DNA of 63,477 bases, the filler included, from Hyphochytrium catenoides (lineage: Eukaryota; Protista; Hyphochytriomycota): NCBI GenBank assembly GCA_900088475.1. It is 11 parts of 11 records of this genome, joined end to end, with 100 filler letters (N's around TTAATTAATTAA, not from the genome) between each part and the next. Parts side by side here need not be neighbours in the genome. Positions count along the whole stretch, not along the records: positions 21,184 to 28,960 come from FLMG01001696.1; positions 29,061 to 46,079 come from FLMG01004351.1; 9 more parts are not named here. The stretch is one strand, 5' to 3'. Each line of letters opens with the position of its first letter. The stretch's first letter is position 1. The notes under the pieces were generated by a model that saw nothing but the letters and a program-made list of their open reading frames with translations, was not told where the DNA came from and searched no databases. A program made the position numbers and the translations under genes. Positions 22,026 through 34,168 of this stretch are shown here, piece after piece.

Positions 22026-24206
22026 ATGACCTCAACGGCTGGTACTGCTGCTCCTGAGGACAGTCAGCGGGCACCAGCATCCTCGCCGGTGCCGTTGCTT
22101 CAAGGTATCGAATCTGAGAAGCTGAGGCGCCTGGTCGACAAGCTCAATGAACTCGGCGTGCAGAGATACATCGAGCTTCCGCAAATCGCGGTGATGGGCG
22201 ACACTAGCTCTGGAAAGAGTTCTGTTTTGACAGCTCTCTCTGGTATCCAATTCCCGTCCTCTGACGCTCTCACCACCCGTTGTCCAACTCAGCTTATTCT
22301 AAGCTATGGAAAGACCTTCTACTGCAAAGCTAGGATACAACGTGATGACGCCAGAAAGGACATGGCAAGCAGCAGCCGGGAATTGTCCACGATCGATGAG
22401 ATCACCAACGTTATCAAGGAATTTACCGAGCAGCTCGTTAAGGAGGGACAAGAAATCAGTGACGATGCCATCGTTATCGAAGCTGTCGGGCCGCATTTCC
22501 CCAATTTGACGCTCACCGACCTCCCGGGCCTCATACGAACAGTAAAAGACGGAGAGGACAAGAGCATGATTGGACAAGTCCGTCTCCTCGTTGGTCGCTA
22601 CCTAAAGCAAAAACGGACTGTGATCTTGGCTGTTGTTCCGGCAAACGTGGACATGCACAACAGCGAGATCTTGCAGGATGCGAACGAGGCTGACACTGAA
22701 GGCGACCGAACGCTAGCAATTATTACGAAGCCAGATCTGGTAGATCCGGGAGCCGAGGGCAACGTGATCAAGCTCCTGAATAATGAAGCAAAAAAACTGA
22801 GGCTCGGGTACCATGCTGTGAGGTGTCGCGGTCAGAAGGACCTTAACGATAATGTGACACTCAAAGAAAGCCTCATTCATGAGCAGGATTTCTTTAGTTC
22901 ACGGGAGCCGTGGAATGGAGTCTCGAAGAGCCTCTTAGGCATCGGGACACTGAAGGGAAAGCTGGTCCGCTTGCTGGAGACTCGAGTGACGGAGTGCCTG
23001 CCTGCCGTGCACGAGGATGTAAGATCTCAGTTGGAAAGCTCTCAGGAAAGGATCCTCGCTCTGGGTCCTGCTCTTCGTGACGTCTACGATCAGCGCCGCT
23101 TCTACACTGGAAAGGTTTCACAGATTGTGGCTCTGGTAGATGCTGCGGTTCGAGGCAAATACGACGACAGGTTCTTTGACTCATATACCAATAGGCTGCG
23201 GGCTGTCTTGCGGGAGGAAGGCCATAAGTTCTCTGAAAAACTGCGCCTTCTTTGTTCCTACAAGAAGGATAAGGATATCAAGGTTGGAGATGATGTCGAG
23301 TATGTGGATGCCAATGGAACGTGGCGCGCAGGAACACTAAAGGATTTCGGCAGTACTAATTCCTGCTACACTGTGCGAGTCTTCATCGGCGACGGGAAAG
23401 TTATCGATAAAAACGACGTAAGGAAAATCCGGGTTTCTCTGGCCGATATCAAGAAGAAGATATCTCAATGTCGCGGTGAAGAGCTGGAGATATTCTCCTC
23501 GTACGATGTCTTCGTTCGTCTCGTTAACGAGCTTGTGGTTTCCAAATGGAGGGAGCCTGCGATGAGCCTTCTTCACTTCTACGAAACAGCCGTTAGAAAG
23601 GTTTGCATGGAGATTGTGCGGTATGTCATAGACGTATCGGCCCACAAAAGACTGGCCGACTACGTTGCGAGAAAGATGGCAATTTTCATCAAAGATCTGG
23701 TCAAGAAGGCGACTGAACGTCTAAACGAACTCTTAGAGATAGAGCTTCGCCCTTTCACGCTAAACCATTACTTTTACGACGTCTACGACAAGCTACGGTA
23801 TCAGCCGCTTCTCAAAGAAATTGAAGACAATTCGCTGACATCAGGTTCATACTCTGGTTATATAAATAAAGACACAGTCATGCGACTTCTGGCCTCGTAT
23901 GGCATCGGCTCTAGCTCGAATCAGGATCGCGAGGCTGACGACCTGCGCAGAGCCGTTGGCGCCTATGAGAAGGTCGCTAAGAAAAGGTTCACGGACGATG
24001 TCCCCAATTGGATTGACTACTATCTGCTGAAGAGTCTCACCAACAATCTGTCCAATTACCTTGAAGACGTTCCAGAAGATGTAGTGAGTGCACTCCTCGC
24101 TGAGGACTCGGAGAAGGTTGATCAGCGAGCGATCCTGCAGAAGAAGGTGGAGACGCTACGGCTCGCTGAGAGTGTGATTGTTGCCTTTGCTCCCGCTTTG
24201 CCTTAA
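22026..24206 (+). CDS. Mx-like dynamin-superfamily GTPase, intronless, 726 aa from ATG 22026
   Basis: LPQIAVMGDTSSGKSS (G1), TRCP (G2), DLPG (G3), TKPD (G4), KLRLGYHAV; stalk RGEELEIF, PFTLNHYF; GED-like AYEKVAKKRFTDDVP. No PH, PRD or TM domain. Confidence 0.93.
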   Translation: MTSTAGTAAPEDSQRAPASSPVPLLQGIESEKLRRLVDKLNELGVQRYIELPQIAVMGDTSSGKSSVLTALSGIQFPSSDALTTRCPTQLILSYGKTFYCKARIQRDDARKDMASSSRELSTIDEITNVIKEFTEQLVKEGQEISDDAIVIEAVGPHFPNLTLTDLPGLIRTVKDGEDKSMIGQVRLLVGRYLKQKRTVILAVVPANVDMHNSEILQDANEADTEGDRTLAIITKPDLVDPGAEGNVIKLLNNEAKKLRLGYHAVRCRGQKDLNDNVTLKESLIHEQDFFSSREPWNGVSKSLLGIGTLKGKLVRLLETRVTECLPAVHEDVRSQLESSQERILALGPALRDVYDQRRFYTGKVSQIVALVDAAVRGKYDDRFFDSYTNRLRAVLREEGHKFSEKLRLLCSYKKDKDIKVGDDVEYVDANGTWRAGTLKDFGSTNSCYTVRVFIGDGKVIDKNDVRKIRVSLADIKKKISQCRGEELEIFSSYDVFVRLVNELVVSKWREPAMSLLHFYETAVRKVCMEIVRYVIDVSAHKRLADYVARKMAIFIKDLVKKATERLNELLEIELRPFTLNHYFYDVYDKLRYQPLLKEIEDNSLTSGSYSGYINKDTVMRLLASYGIGSSSNQDREADDLRRAVGAYEKVAKKRFTDDVPNWIDYYLLKSLTNNLSNYLEDVPEDVVSALLAEDSEKVDQRAILQKKVETLRLAESVIVAFAPALP

Positions 24207-24880
24207 GGAGTAGCTAATAACTAGCTACGATTTCTAAAGTTTTCTACTACACATAAGGACAGAATTAAATACTTCTGGGTTAAACGCATGCTCCTCAGGT
24301 AATCTCCGTTAATTTGCCATTAATTTCTTCTTTCTAGCGAAGAAGAACGACGAAGAAGGGCTGTGGGAGAAAGTCCCGCAGGATGGCAGAATGAGATCGA
24401 CGAGAAGAAGAAGATGCTGCCACTACTGCTGCTGGCTGTGGCTGCGCTGCCTCCGTCCACTTTAACAGGAGGGAAAGAAGTGGAGCGAGGCTGCCTCTTC
24501 TCTACCCTAGCCTGATGAGATCTCGGGCTGAAGAAGTGGTAGACGGTGACTCTTGCTGGAGTACTGCGGTGTCGAGCTGTTGCCTCCACCACCGGTTGCG
24601 CGGACCACTACTTGCCTCTTCTTCTGTCTCGAGATTGCTGTGTGAGTAGAGGCATGAAAGCCGGGACGCTACGATGATATTATCATCTCATTATAATATA
24701 TTTTTTTGAAGTTGATGTGGCCCTCTATTATGAAGAAAATTAGTAGAGAGTGTGAAATCGACTACTGTTGTTTGAAGAAGATGAAAGAAGCAAATATGTA
24801 CGTATACTACGAAGCAACAAAAGAGAATGGAGAAAGAGCTAAAATTGGCCAAAAAGAAGGAAGACCAGAGTAGCAGGACC

Positions 24881-25890
24881 TCACCCGGCCCCCAAGGGCC
24901 GGGACTTGACTGAAGAGAGCAACTGTGGGGCTACCAAGGAGGGGGCGGGGAGATCGTCCTCCTCTCCAATAATTCGAGAGAGGAAAAAGTCTTGATGCTG
25001 CTCACGGTCAACAACCGGGAGGGCGCTGTCAGGAGCAGGAGCAGCGGCAGGAGCAGGAGAAGAAGAAGCAGCAGAAAAGAGGAGGGGAGAAGAAGAAGAG
25101 AGGGGAGAAGAAGCGTGAAAGGCGGCAAGAAAGGGCGCAGAAGAAGGCGGCAGTCTCGAAACGATCATACGGGCGGCCTCCTCGTGCAAAGCCAAAGACA
25201 CCTGTCTCAATAAGCGATGGCGAAAGAAGTGTACATCACGCTCAAGAGCAACGGTCCGATCAGCTTGAGCAGCACAAATAGTATTGACAAAGGCTGCAAC
25301 GGTGGCGGAGCCCCCACCAAAAGACTCCCCCCAACAAACTAGAGGGAGGAAGTCAATTTGGTGGGCATTGCAAGCAGCTAGATACTTGTGGCGCTTACGA
25401 TCCTCAACCACCGCCATCTGATATCCCGACCGTTCCGCTGCATAACGAAGGGTATTATGTTGCAGCGGGTGTGTGACCGAGATAATATCGAAGAAGGCTG
25501 TGACTGGGAACCGGTTGCCATACCACCCAGGGATAGCTAGGTCAGCAGGGCGGGAGAAGGGAGAGCGAGAGAGCAAGTGGAGGGGTTCCCGAGAGCAGCG
25601 GTATCCGGCATCGGATACTGCAGAGCACAATAGGGAGAGAACTCGGTTATGACGGCGGGAGGCACCACCGCCACCTGTGCGGCAGACCATCGCGTGGTCG
25701 CCGAAGATATCCATGTCAGCTCTTCGACAACTCCCGCATACCACGGGGGCCTGAAGAAAAGGAAGACCAAGAAAACGTCGAAGCATAGCCCGAAACAGAA
25801 CAGAGGACTGAGCCTTGTGCAGCAGCGCCCCACAGGGAGAAGCGGTGAGGAAAGCCCCAGCATGTGGTGGGAGAGAAACAGAACGAAGAC
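24881..25890 (-). mobile_element. 5'-truncated non-LTR retrotransposon with restriction-like endonuclease (CRE/R2-group)
   Basis: HAGAFLTA...FRAMLRRFLG, zinc knuckle CGSC...GDHAMVC, RRHN, RPADL (PD), FFDIISVTHP, KRHKY, FLPLV..ESFGG. The RT domain is absent. Confidence 0.85.
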
Positions 25891-26512
25891 GGGGTTTTAT
25901 ATATATAACGAAATAACTAGAATATATATATACTGTCTCCTCCTTGGGACGCCGTTACCTTTGGTGAGGAGGAGGGAGCTCTTCTGGGGTGTTGATGACA
26001 AAAGCCCGATAGCTGATTGAGCAGATACACGATGACGGTGTTCGCCAAAGTAGTAGGGGTACAGGTAGAAGTAGTGTAGTTGGGAGTACAAGTAGAGTAG
26101 AACTATGGAAGGAATCAATGATGATGATATCAACAGCGGAGGATGGATCATCAAGAAGGTGGTGACACTCTACAGGGTGGTGACACTTGTGACTGGTCAA
26201 GATGTAAAGAGTTCTATGCATGTTACTCTTCTCATTTGTGAACGATAAAAAAGACCTTATAAAGCCATTGACCACTAGTGGCCAGTTTCTGCTGCAGACA
26301 ATAATGGAGGTTTTGGTGGTGGTGGTCAATGGAACAATGGTTAGAGAAGAGAGATATGAATGAGAGAGAGTTGGTTGCTGCTGGAGTCAAGCAGTAGTAT
26401 TATAGCAGTGAGGCCAACGAACCTCGATTACTCTCTACGGCCGGCAATAACTTGTTCATTAACAACTAGCGCGCACAGCGAGCACAGTACAAGTCCTACC
26501 CAGGGACTACCA

Positions 26513-26900
26513 TCAATTTGTGGTCTCGTAGTAGTACACATAGTGCTCTAAAATCCGGCTAATCGCAAAGTAGTCGTCTGCTCGTCCAGGGTACTTACTT
26601 AGGATGTTCCTGCAGCAAGCGGTTTGCCTCTTCCACGCTGTGTCATCCAAGTCGCAGCCGACGATAGAGGCGCTGGGGAATAATAGATCTGCTGCCAAGC
26701 GGAAGACGAAGAAGACTCCGCAGCCGCAGCCGCAGCCGACGTCTAGAATCTCTAGGGAGAAGATGAGCTGACGGAGCTTTTCATACCGGGAGAGAATATC
26801 TGCCTCAAGCGGCCACGTGGCGTCCATCTGACGCGCTAAGAAGGCGGCAAAGCCTTGCTTCCAGGACTTTTGAGGGTCCAGCTGGTGGTAGTAGGTCGGT
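26513..26900 (-). pseudogene. Class I SAM-dependent methyltransferase fragment, probably decayed
   Basis: Motif I ILDVGCG(CG)CG and motif II IVGCDLD; downstream motifs not seen; low-complexity sequence upstream. Confidence 0.45.
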
Positions 26901-27059
26901 GATGAGTCATTCTGCTGCCCTGTCCCTGTCTCTGTCGTCGCCCCTGTTGTCCCCGTTGATGCCGCCTCAGAACCCTTGGGAGGAGCAGGAGAGTGAGTCA
27001 ATAGGGGCCACCAACAGTTGGCTATGTGGGAGTAGGATGGACGTCCAATAGTATGGTCA

Positions 27060-27270
27060 GGCAAGGGAGGAGTGGATAAGGGAGGACCGGGCAAGAGAGG
27101 ACTGGGCAAGGGAAGACTGGGCAAGTGGGAGGAGTGCTAGCTGGCAAGGGAGGGAGGAGTGGCAGCTACAGGAGAGGAGTGGTAACTGCAAGGAGGGAGG
27201 GAGGAGTGGTAGCTGCCGGGGAGGGAGGAGGAGTGGTAGCTGCAAGGGAGGGAGGAGTGGCAGCTGCAAG
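27060..27270. repeat. Imperfect minisatellite of 15-bp and 24-27-bp units
   Basis: GGAGGGAGGAGTGGTAGCTGCAAG-like and GGGCAAGGGAAGACT-like units in tandem. Confidence 0.75.
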
Positions 27271-28421
27271 AGCGCTGGTGATCGTAGTTCTTTGTGTTTA
27301 TATGACAATGGATATGAATGATGTGCCCCAGCGGGCTATGGCACTAACAGTGGTTGGTGCTGCTGAGTTGCGGTTGACGAAGTGGTGGCCATGAGGTAGA
27401 ATATCCGTAGGATGTTAGGGTTTCCGGGGCTGCGGAGAATTGACCTGGCCTCACTCTCTAGGTTGCCTGAGGCCAGGCACATCCCTCCTTTACGGGGCAG
27501 CGCATGTACTTGCGCTCAGGGCAGTCAGTTAGCAGGCCCCTGCTGCCTGCTGGTGCCCCAAAGCATTTCTTTGTTGCACCACCTTCCCTCCCATTGCACG
27601 TAGATTAGGAGGTGTAGATTTGTTTACGTAGAATAGAGGCACATTGAGGATAAACTAACTAGATAACAGGCTTCTGGGCCAGAGCCTACTACTTCTGTCA
27701 CACTGCGAAGGCGAAAGGCCTCGGCACCTTCAATATATATCAGAACCTCGTGCAACCCCCAAGTACTGCTGTTGATCCCAACTATTTGAGGTCAGTCTCT
27801 CCTAGAAGAAGCCGAAGGAAATGTAACGATCGGGAGCAGGATTATTCATCAAGAGAGCTTGAGACCTCTTCCTTAAGACGTTGCTTGAGGACTGACACTT
27901 TGTATGGCCTAGATAGGTTTAGCGCTGCATCGGGAGGATAGCACTACAGAAGAACAGTTCTATAGTACTAGAACGACTGGATTCATATCTTTCCCTCTCT
28001 ATCCCTGTCTCTGAGGACTAGAACAGCGGGAAACAGCACCTGGCGCCAGATTACCCTAGATATCATCCTTGTTCACTGGAAACCCTTTCCCCAGACACCC
28101 TAGCAAATTTCAGATGAGGAAAAAAAAGCATAGTATTCGTGCTCGGTCGATTAGAGATTGAACCATCTCCTGCGCAAAATCCAAAGAAGAACTAACACCG
28201 TCTGCGTCAGCTTGCCAGACAGAGAGAGAGCGCCGAGAGGGAGACTGAGAGAGTCGGCGACAGCTCGTCAGAGTGAGAGAGACGAGAGGAGAGTCAGCAG
28301 CGACAGCTCGTCTAAGAAGAGAGCGCGAGAGAGTGTTTGTGTCAGAGATAGAGTGAGATAGAGTGAGAGAGAGAGAGAGGCTGTCATCGAGAGAGACAGC
28401 GTCAGCGGCGGGCAGTGTCTA

Positions 28422-28455
<34 letters not shown>

Positions 28456-29584
28456 AGAGTGTCTGCATCAGAGAGTGAGAGAGAGAGAGAGAGAGAGCTT
28501 GCCAGAGAGAGAGAGAGAGAGAGAGAGATTGTAATAATGGAGAGTCAGACATCCTACTTCAGTCTGGCTCACACGTTTTCGTCATCAGCGCATCTGCTGA
28601 ATCCATCGCAGCATAGTGTCGGCCAATATATTAAAGTATCATCTTGATTCAGCGCTTCAATCATACTGGCACCACCCGCTTCTGTGCATAGCAACAGCTT
28701 TGAGACTCGCTTACGGGGCTCTGAATGAGGAAGTAGTAGTCTTTCATTATTTAGAAAGTCTTCATCAATTCATCCCCTGTTATAGTTTATCTTTAATTAA
28801 TAACACTCCATTCGCGATTGGTAGCGCTTCCCATCCACTTCTTGCAATCACCCCGCTTTCATACATAACGGATCATGAATGTTATGAATGCCAGTGTGAT
28901 TTTTCCATGTATCATTTCCTATGAAATCGCTCCAATCCGATGGTTCATTCCTTCATTGAANNNNNNNNNNNNNNNNNNNNNNNNNNNNNNNNNNNNNNNN
29001 NNNNTTAATTAATTAANNNNNNNNNNNNNNNNNNNNNNNNNNNNNNNNNNNNNNNNNNNNCGCTGTCTCTTTCTCTTTGTGCACGGGAGGAGATTGCAGG
29101 TCAATCTGGATATAGAGTGCCCATGATCAATGCAGTCAAAGGCGAACTGCAGAAGCGACAGAGAGGCAGGATCGCCGCACTGCCGACAGAAGACAATAAG
29201 AGAGAGAAAAAGGAGAGAGGAGAGAGGGAAAAGTCGTAAGCGGCAGGGTGGCAGGCTAACGACAGAACTGGGAANNNNNNNNNNNNNNNNNNNNNNNNNN
29301 NNNNNNNNNNNNNNNNNNCAAAGAGAGAAAGAGGGACGAGATAGAGGAACGAGAGACAGAGAGAGAGTGTAAGAGAGAAAGAGATACGAGAGAAAGAGCC
29401 ATGAGACTTGTGCCATTCTCCAGAAGGACCGAAAGGAAAAGTGTGAGGGACGAGAGAGAGAGAGAGAGAGAGAGAAGGGCAGAGAGAGAGAGAGAGAGAC
29501 AATGTGAAAAAGAGAGAAGCCAGAGTTAAGTGAGAGAGAGAGAAGACAGGAGATAGAAGAGGCACAGACAAGGCGGTCGAGAAG

Positions 29585-29618
<34 letters not shown>

Positions 29619-30020
29619 NNNNNNNNNNNNNNNNNNNNNNNNNNNNNNNNNNNNNNNNNNNNNAGAGAGAACACGGACAGAGCACTAGGGAAGGAAGAAA
29701 GAGAGAGACATCAGACCATCAACGGCCGCAGCCTAAAGGTAAACCGCCTCTGGTTCTCCTTCCCGCTAGAAGACTAGTCAAGGATCATTCTCGTTCCTCA
29801 ACCTTCGCCGCAGAGTAACGGCCCCGCTCTCACACACAACGCTGGAGCTGGTCATACTACTACAGCGAAGGAACACTAAAGGCTGGAGGAGATATGGGTT
29901 GAGGGTCAAGGGACCGTTATTACTAAGCCATCACATTGGAGTTGTGTTTGTGCCTGCTGATTCGAGCTCCTTTTGACCGTTTCTTTCTCCAAACAATGTG
30001 TGAGAGTAAAGAGGTGCCTT

Positions 30021-30096
<76 letters not shown>

Positions 30097-31322
30097 TCTC
30101 TTCTCTTTCTCTCTCTCCGACTCTCTCTCTAACTCTCTCACTCACTCTCTCTCTCTCACTTTTCTCACAACCCCCTGTCTCTCTCCGCTTTCTCTCTCTC
30201 TTTCTCGGTCTGCCTTTTCTCTGCTGTCTCTCTTCTTCATTTCTCTCTTTTGCCTTCCCCTCTCCCTCTTCCTTTCCATCTCTCTCTCGCATGCCATTCT
30301 GTATCGGGCCCTTGCCTTTCAGTCTTCCTTCCCTCTTCTTATTCTGTAACACGCTACATGCCTACTTGTCTTCTCTCCTTCTTCCACTCGGGCCGCTCTG
30401 GTTCGTTCTCACGCCCTCTTAGTCATCGATAGTGTAATCCCGGAAGGGCCGAAGGAGCCTCTCTCTCTCTCTCTGTCTCTCTCTCTCTCTCTCTTTTCCT
30501 TTTCTCTCGTCACTTTTACCCTCTCATCAGGGGCCTTTCTCTCACCTTTGTACATCATTCTTCTTCTTAGGCTCCTCGTCCCTAACTCCCTTCACAACGT
30601 AGAGAAGACATCCTTTATCAGTCATCGAATGGTCTCTTTACAAAGCTTCATCTGATGACTTCTCCTCTTCTTCGCTTCTCACACGCGTCGTAAGAAAGAA
30701 CTTTATAAAGTCTTCATTGCAAACTTCTTTTTGACTCTTTTCTGAAGATCTGGTGATGGTCTCTTCTCTGGCACTTGGTCTTCTTTTTTTCCGCTCTCTG
30801 GATAGCTTCTTTCTCTCTATCTCTAGTCGCATCCTCTTCACTATCTCTAGTAGGGGTTCGGCTGGGCAACTTTCAAACTAGCAGAAGTATCTTGTTGGGA
30901 ATTCGAAAGGAAGAATGTGACTCAACAGAAGATGTGCTCTTTCTCTCTCTCTCTTTTCCTCACTAGCCACGCATGAAGGTAGCATCTAGGAACAGAAAGG
31001 GATTATTCTTCTCCTTCAGTTGTCATAAAGGTAGAAAAGAGAGTTGAGATTCCTCCTCCTGCTGCTTCGATCGTGATAACCTTCGTGGAAGACATCATTG
31101 ATGACTGATAAAGTGACTAAGTAAAATAACGCAGAGCCTCCATCCTACGGAGGGTAACGAAGGAGAAGAGAGACAGAGATATCTTTGCGAGAGACAGAGC
31201 GAGAGAAAAAGAAAGACCGACGCTATGAAGCCACACCACGCTTGCCATGAGAGGTGTATCGGGGTAACAGAGGAAACGATCAAAGGCACGAATAATAGAA
31301 TAAAGTTATTAGGGCAAACATT

Positions 31323-32716
31323 CTAGAGAAGAACGCAGCCATCCTTCTGCTCCCTCGCTCTTCGTCTCTCTTCTCTCCTCTCCTTTCGACTTTGGCGGCT
31401 CTTGTCTCCATTCCCACGCGCTTGGGGATCAGGCACAGGACCACCTTGGAAGGTCTCCGTGCCGCTCTCGTTGCTCATGACTGAAGCTTCCGTCTGCAGG
31501 CGAGTTAGTGTCTTATCTCTAGTCTCATACTTGTCTGTGGAGTATTGAAGGTCTTCTTCCTTCTCTTCTCCTTTTTCGGCTCTGGACGGAGCCTCGGCAG
31601 GAACTCTCTCTTCAGAGACAACTTCCTCCGGCTTCTTTGGTTCTTCTACGACAGCCTCGACATTCTCTTCCGAGATAGCACCTTCGGTCTCCTTTGGCTT
31701 CTCTGCCTCAGGAGAAGGAGCTACTCGCTCCTCAGTTGTAGGGTTCTCCTTCTCCTTGTTCGAGGCGGTCTCTTCTATGTCCTTGTGCTGGGTGTCCTTC
31801 ACTGGAAGGACTTCTTCCTCAGTGCTTTTTGGCTTTTCCATTTCGGCTTCTTCCTCACTCTTTTTCTCATCGACTGGAGCTGGCTCTGGCTCAGCCGACC
31901 TCGCTTTCACATTGGTGGTGGTCCAGGAGGCTTCTCCCTCCTGCCATGTGTTATGAAGAGAGAGGGAGTCAAAGTCTCCGAAGGGTGCCGAGTGGTTGAG
32001 TCCCGGCTCCCATAGAACCTCGATGTCGCCACCTTCCTCCAGCTTCCCTCGCGCGATGAGGAACTTGAACTCAATGGGCTCGTCGTCCCGAGGAAGCTGC
32101 AGAAAGAAGATACTTCATTAGCAAACGCCTAACTCATTTCCAGATCCTCTCCTTCAAGCCCTTTCTGAGTATGACCCCACATTGCCCTCCCAAGAGTGCG
32201 TGCTGCCTGCCCAAGACCTTGCTAAGTAGGATCTTCTACTACTCTTTCCACTCAGTGTTAGGGAGAGCTATATTTCTTACTCTTCCCAAAGCCAGTTTTC
32301 CTGTCTGCTAACCAGACTGACAGGATGCCTCAGATAACTTCCTGTCCATTGACTTCTCAATCGTTTTAGTCTCTCCCATCTCTATAAAGCCGGCCTGCTT
32401 CCGTCGCCTTACCACGCTAGCTTCTAAGGACACAACCCCTTCAAGCTAACTCCGTGCCTTCTATTCCCTCCCAACACATAGACGACGAGGGGCTACAGCT
32501 TGACATCTTTGCCTCTCGCCCAAGCGCCTGTTATCGCCTCATGCACATGGCCCTTACCTCCATAATTGTCCTCCAGTTCCCCTCATGCCAAGCTAGCGGA
32601 AGGGCAGCGTTCAAGTCCCAGTGCCCGAGCTGTGGCTTGTTCCCAACAAGGTAGACATTCTCTCCCCACTGGGTGTCATACTGGATAGAGAATGTGACCG
32701 TCACCGCAGAAGTCAT
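31323..32716 (-). CDS. CBM20 (starch/glycogen-binding) protein with acidic linker and C-terminal polybasic-CaaX; exons 32716-32558 and 32096-31323; 310 aa
   Basis: VTFSIQYDTQWGENVYLVGNKPQLGHWDLNAALPLAW..W | LP..EPIEFKFL..WEPGLNH is CBM20; phase-0 GT-AG intron 32557-32097; ends RRRAREQKDGCVLL*. Confidence 0.85.
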
Positions 32717-33093
32717 CTCTGCTTTTCCAGCTTTCGTCAACTCCGTACTCTCTTTGCAAGTCAACGACCGCTGCGGGTTAAGCGCGATAGGCGCCGCTCA
32801 AAAATTCTGAAGCTTTGTCTCTCAAACTGAAGTGGAGCGCGGAGAAAAAGTGAGGAACTTGCAATGCCTCTGCTCCCTGATGCTCTGTCACAAGCACGGA
32901 GAAGGGAGAGATACTGGAAGACTATCCTTACACGCGAACTCTGGACAGAGGAGGATCGTCTCTTCGTCTCTGTTTTCTGGCATTTTGGTCCTCTTCCTCT
33001 TCTTCCCCTTTCTTGGCCTCTTACTTACCTTCTCGCTGATCTTTCTCATTTTGCTATACTGTTCTCTCTCAGCTCTGTTCTCCCTCTCTCTCC

Positions 33094-33160
<67 letters not shown>

Positions 33161-33201
33161 AAACTCTCAAACTCTCAAACTCTCAAACTCTCAAACTCTC
33201 T

Positions 33202-33237
<36 letters not shown>

Positions 33238-33432
33238 TCTCTCTATCAAACTCTCTTCTCTCTCTCTCTCTCAATCTCTCTCTTCTCTTTCTCTGTCTCT
33301 CTCTTCCCTTTATCAACCTCTCATCGCTCTCTCTGTCTCCTCTCTCTGTCTCCTCTCTCTGTCTCCTCTCTCTGTCTCCTCTCTCTGTCTCCTCTCTCTG
33401 TCTCCTCTCTCTGTCTCTTCTCTCTGTCTCTC

Positions 33433-33467
<35 letters not shown>

Positions 33468-34168
33468 ATGAGCCATCAGCTTGCTGGTTCGGCCGCACAC
33501 AACAAGAACCACCTGTGTCGCAAAAGGGCGAGAGTAATAATACCAACTTTGGCACACTATATAATGTCCAATAGCTATGTGTGGCATAGTAGTACCCTCA
33601 AGACTATCTCCTCAGACCTCCTCCAGGACTGCTCTTGCTGTTCTTTCCTTCCTCCCTTCAAAACTGAGCAATATTCTGATCCTGCTTGTCCTTGCTCTTC
33701 CTTCCCCCTCTTTTTTACACACTCCTCCACCTCTATAACCCCTCTGTCTTTCAAAGATGCCCTCATAACACACCGCTTATTGGCTACCTCGATCTGGCTC
33801 TGTCTTGCCCCATCCCCACATCTCGCCGTCCAAGCAGCTGCTACTCGTAGCAATGGACAGCCCACAGCAGAATCATCAATCCTGTTCATAAAAGCCGTTA
33901 CCGCCTCTGTTGGATTGTAAGAAGTAAAGATATTGGTTGAGTATCGCCGCTCGCGCGATGAAAGGCCAGAAGGCGGCATGAGAGCCAGAGAAAGAGCCAG
34001 ATCTGAAGGGGAAGACTAGCATCTGAAGCTGTGCATCTGCAAGCTTCATATCCTGGAGGGCTGTCCTCTGTCCTACTGCTCATAAGCTGATGATTGTGAG
34101 GGATGCGTGAGCATTGAAAGGAGAGGACAAGAGTGCTCCCTACCACTTGATGTGGTGACTGTGTGAGG

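Noticed and set aside
13371-24206. A defence or effector island combining the crystallin-like gene and the Mx-like gene
   Set aside because: They lie on different contigs separated by two artificial spacers.
29061-31300. Possible exons in 29061-31300, 45380-46079 and 54840-55600
   Set aside because: Splice-like signals are present, but I could not build a consistent frame or recognise a product.
32832-33920. Long LSLSLS/ERERER ORFs (also 29906-30422, 50024-51323, 52141-52614, 55268-56223)
   Set aside because: Translations of stop-free (CT/GA)n tracts with no domain motifs.
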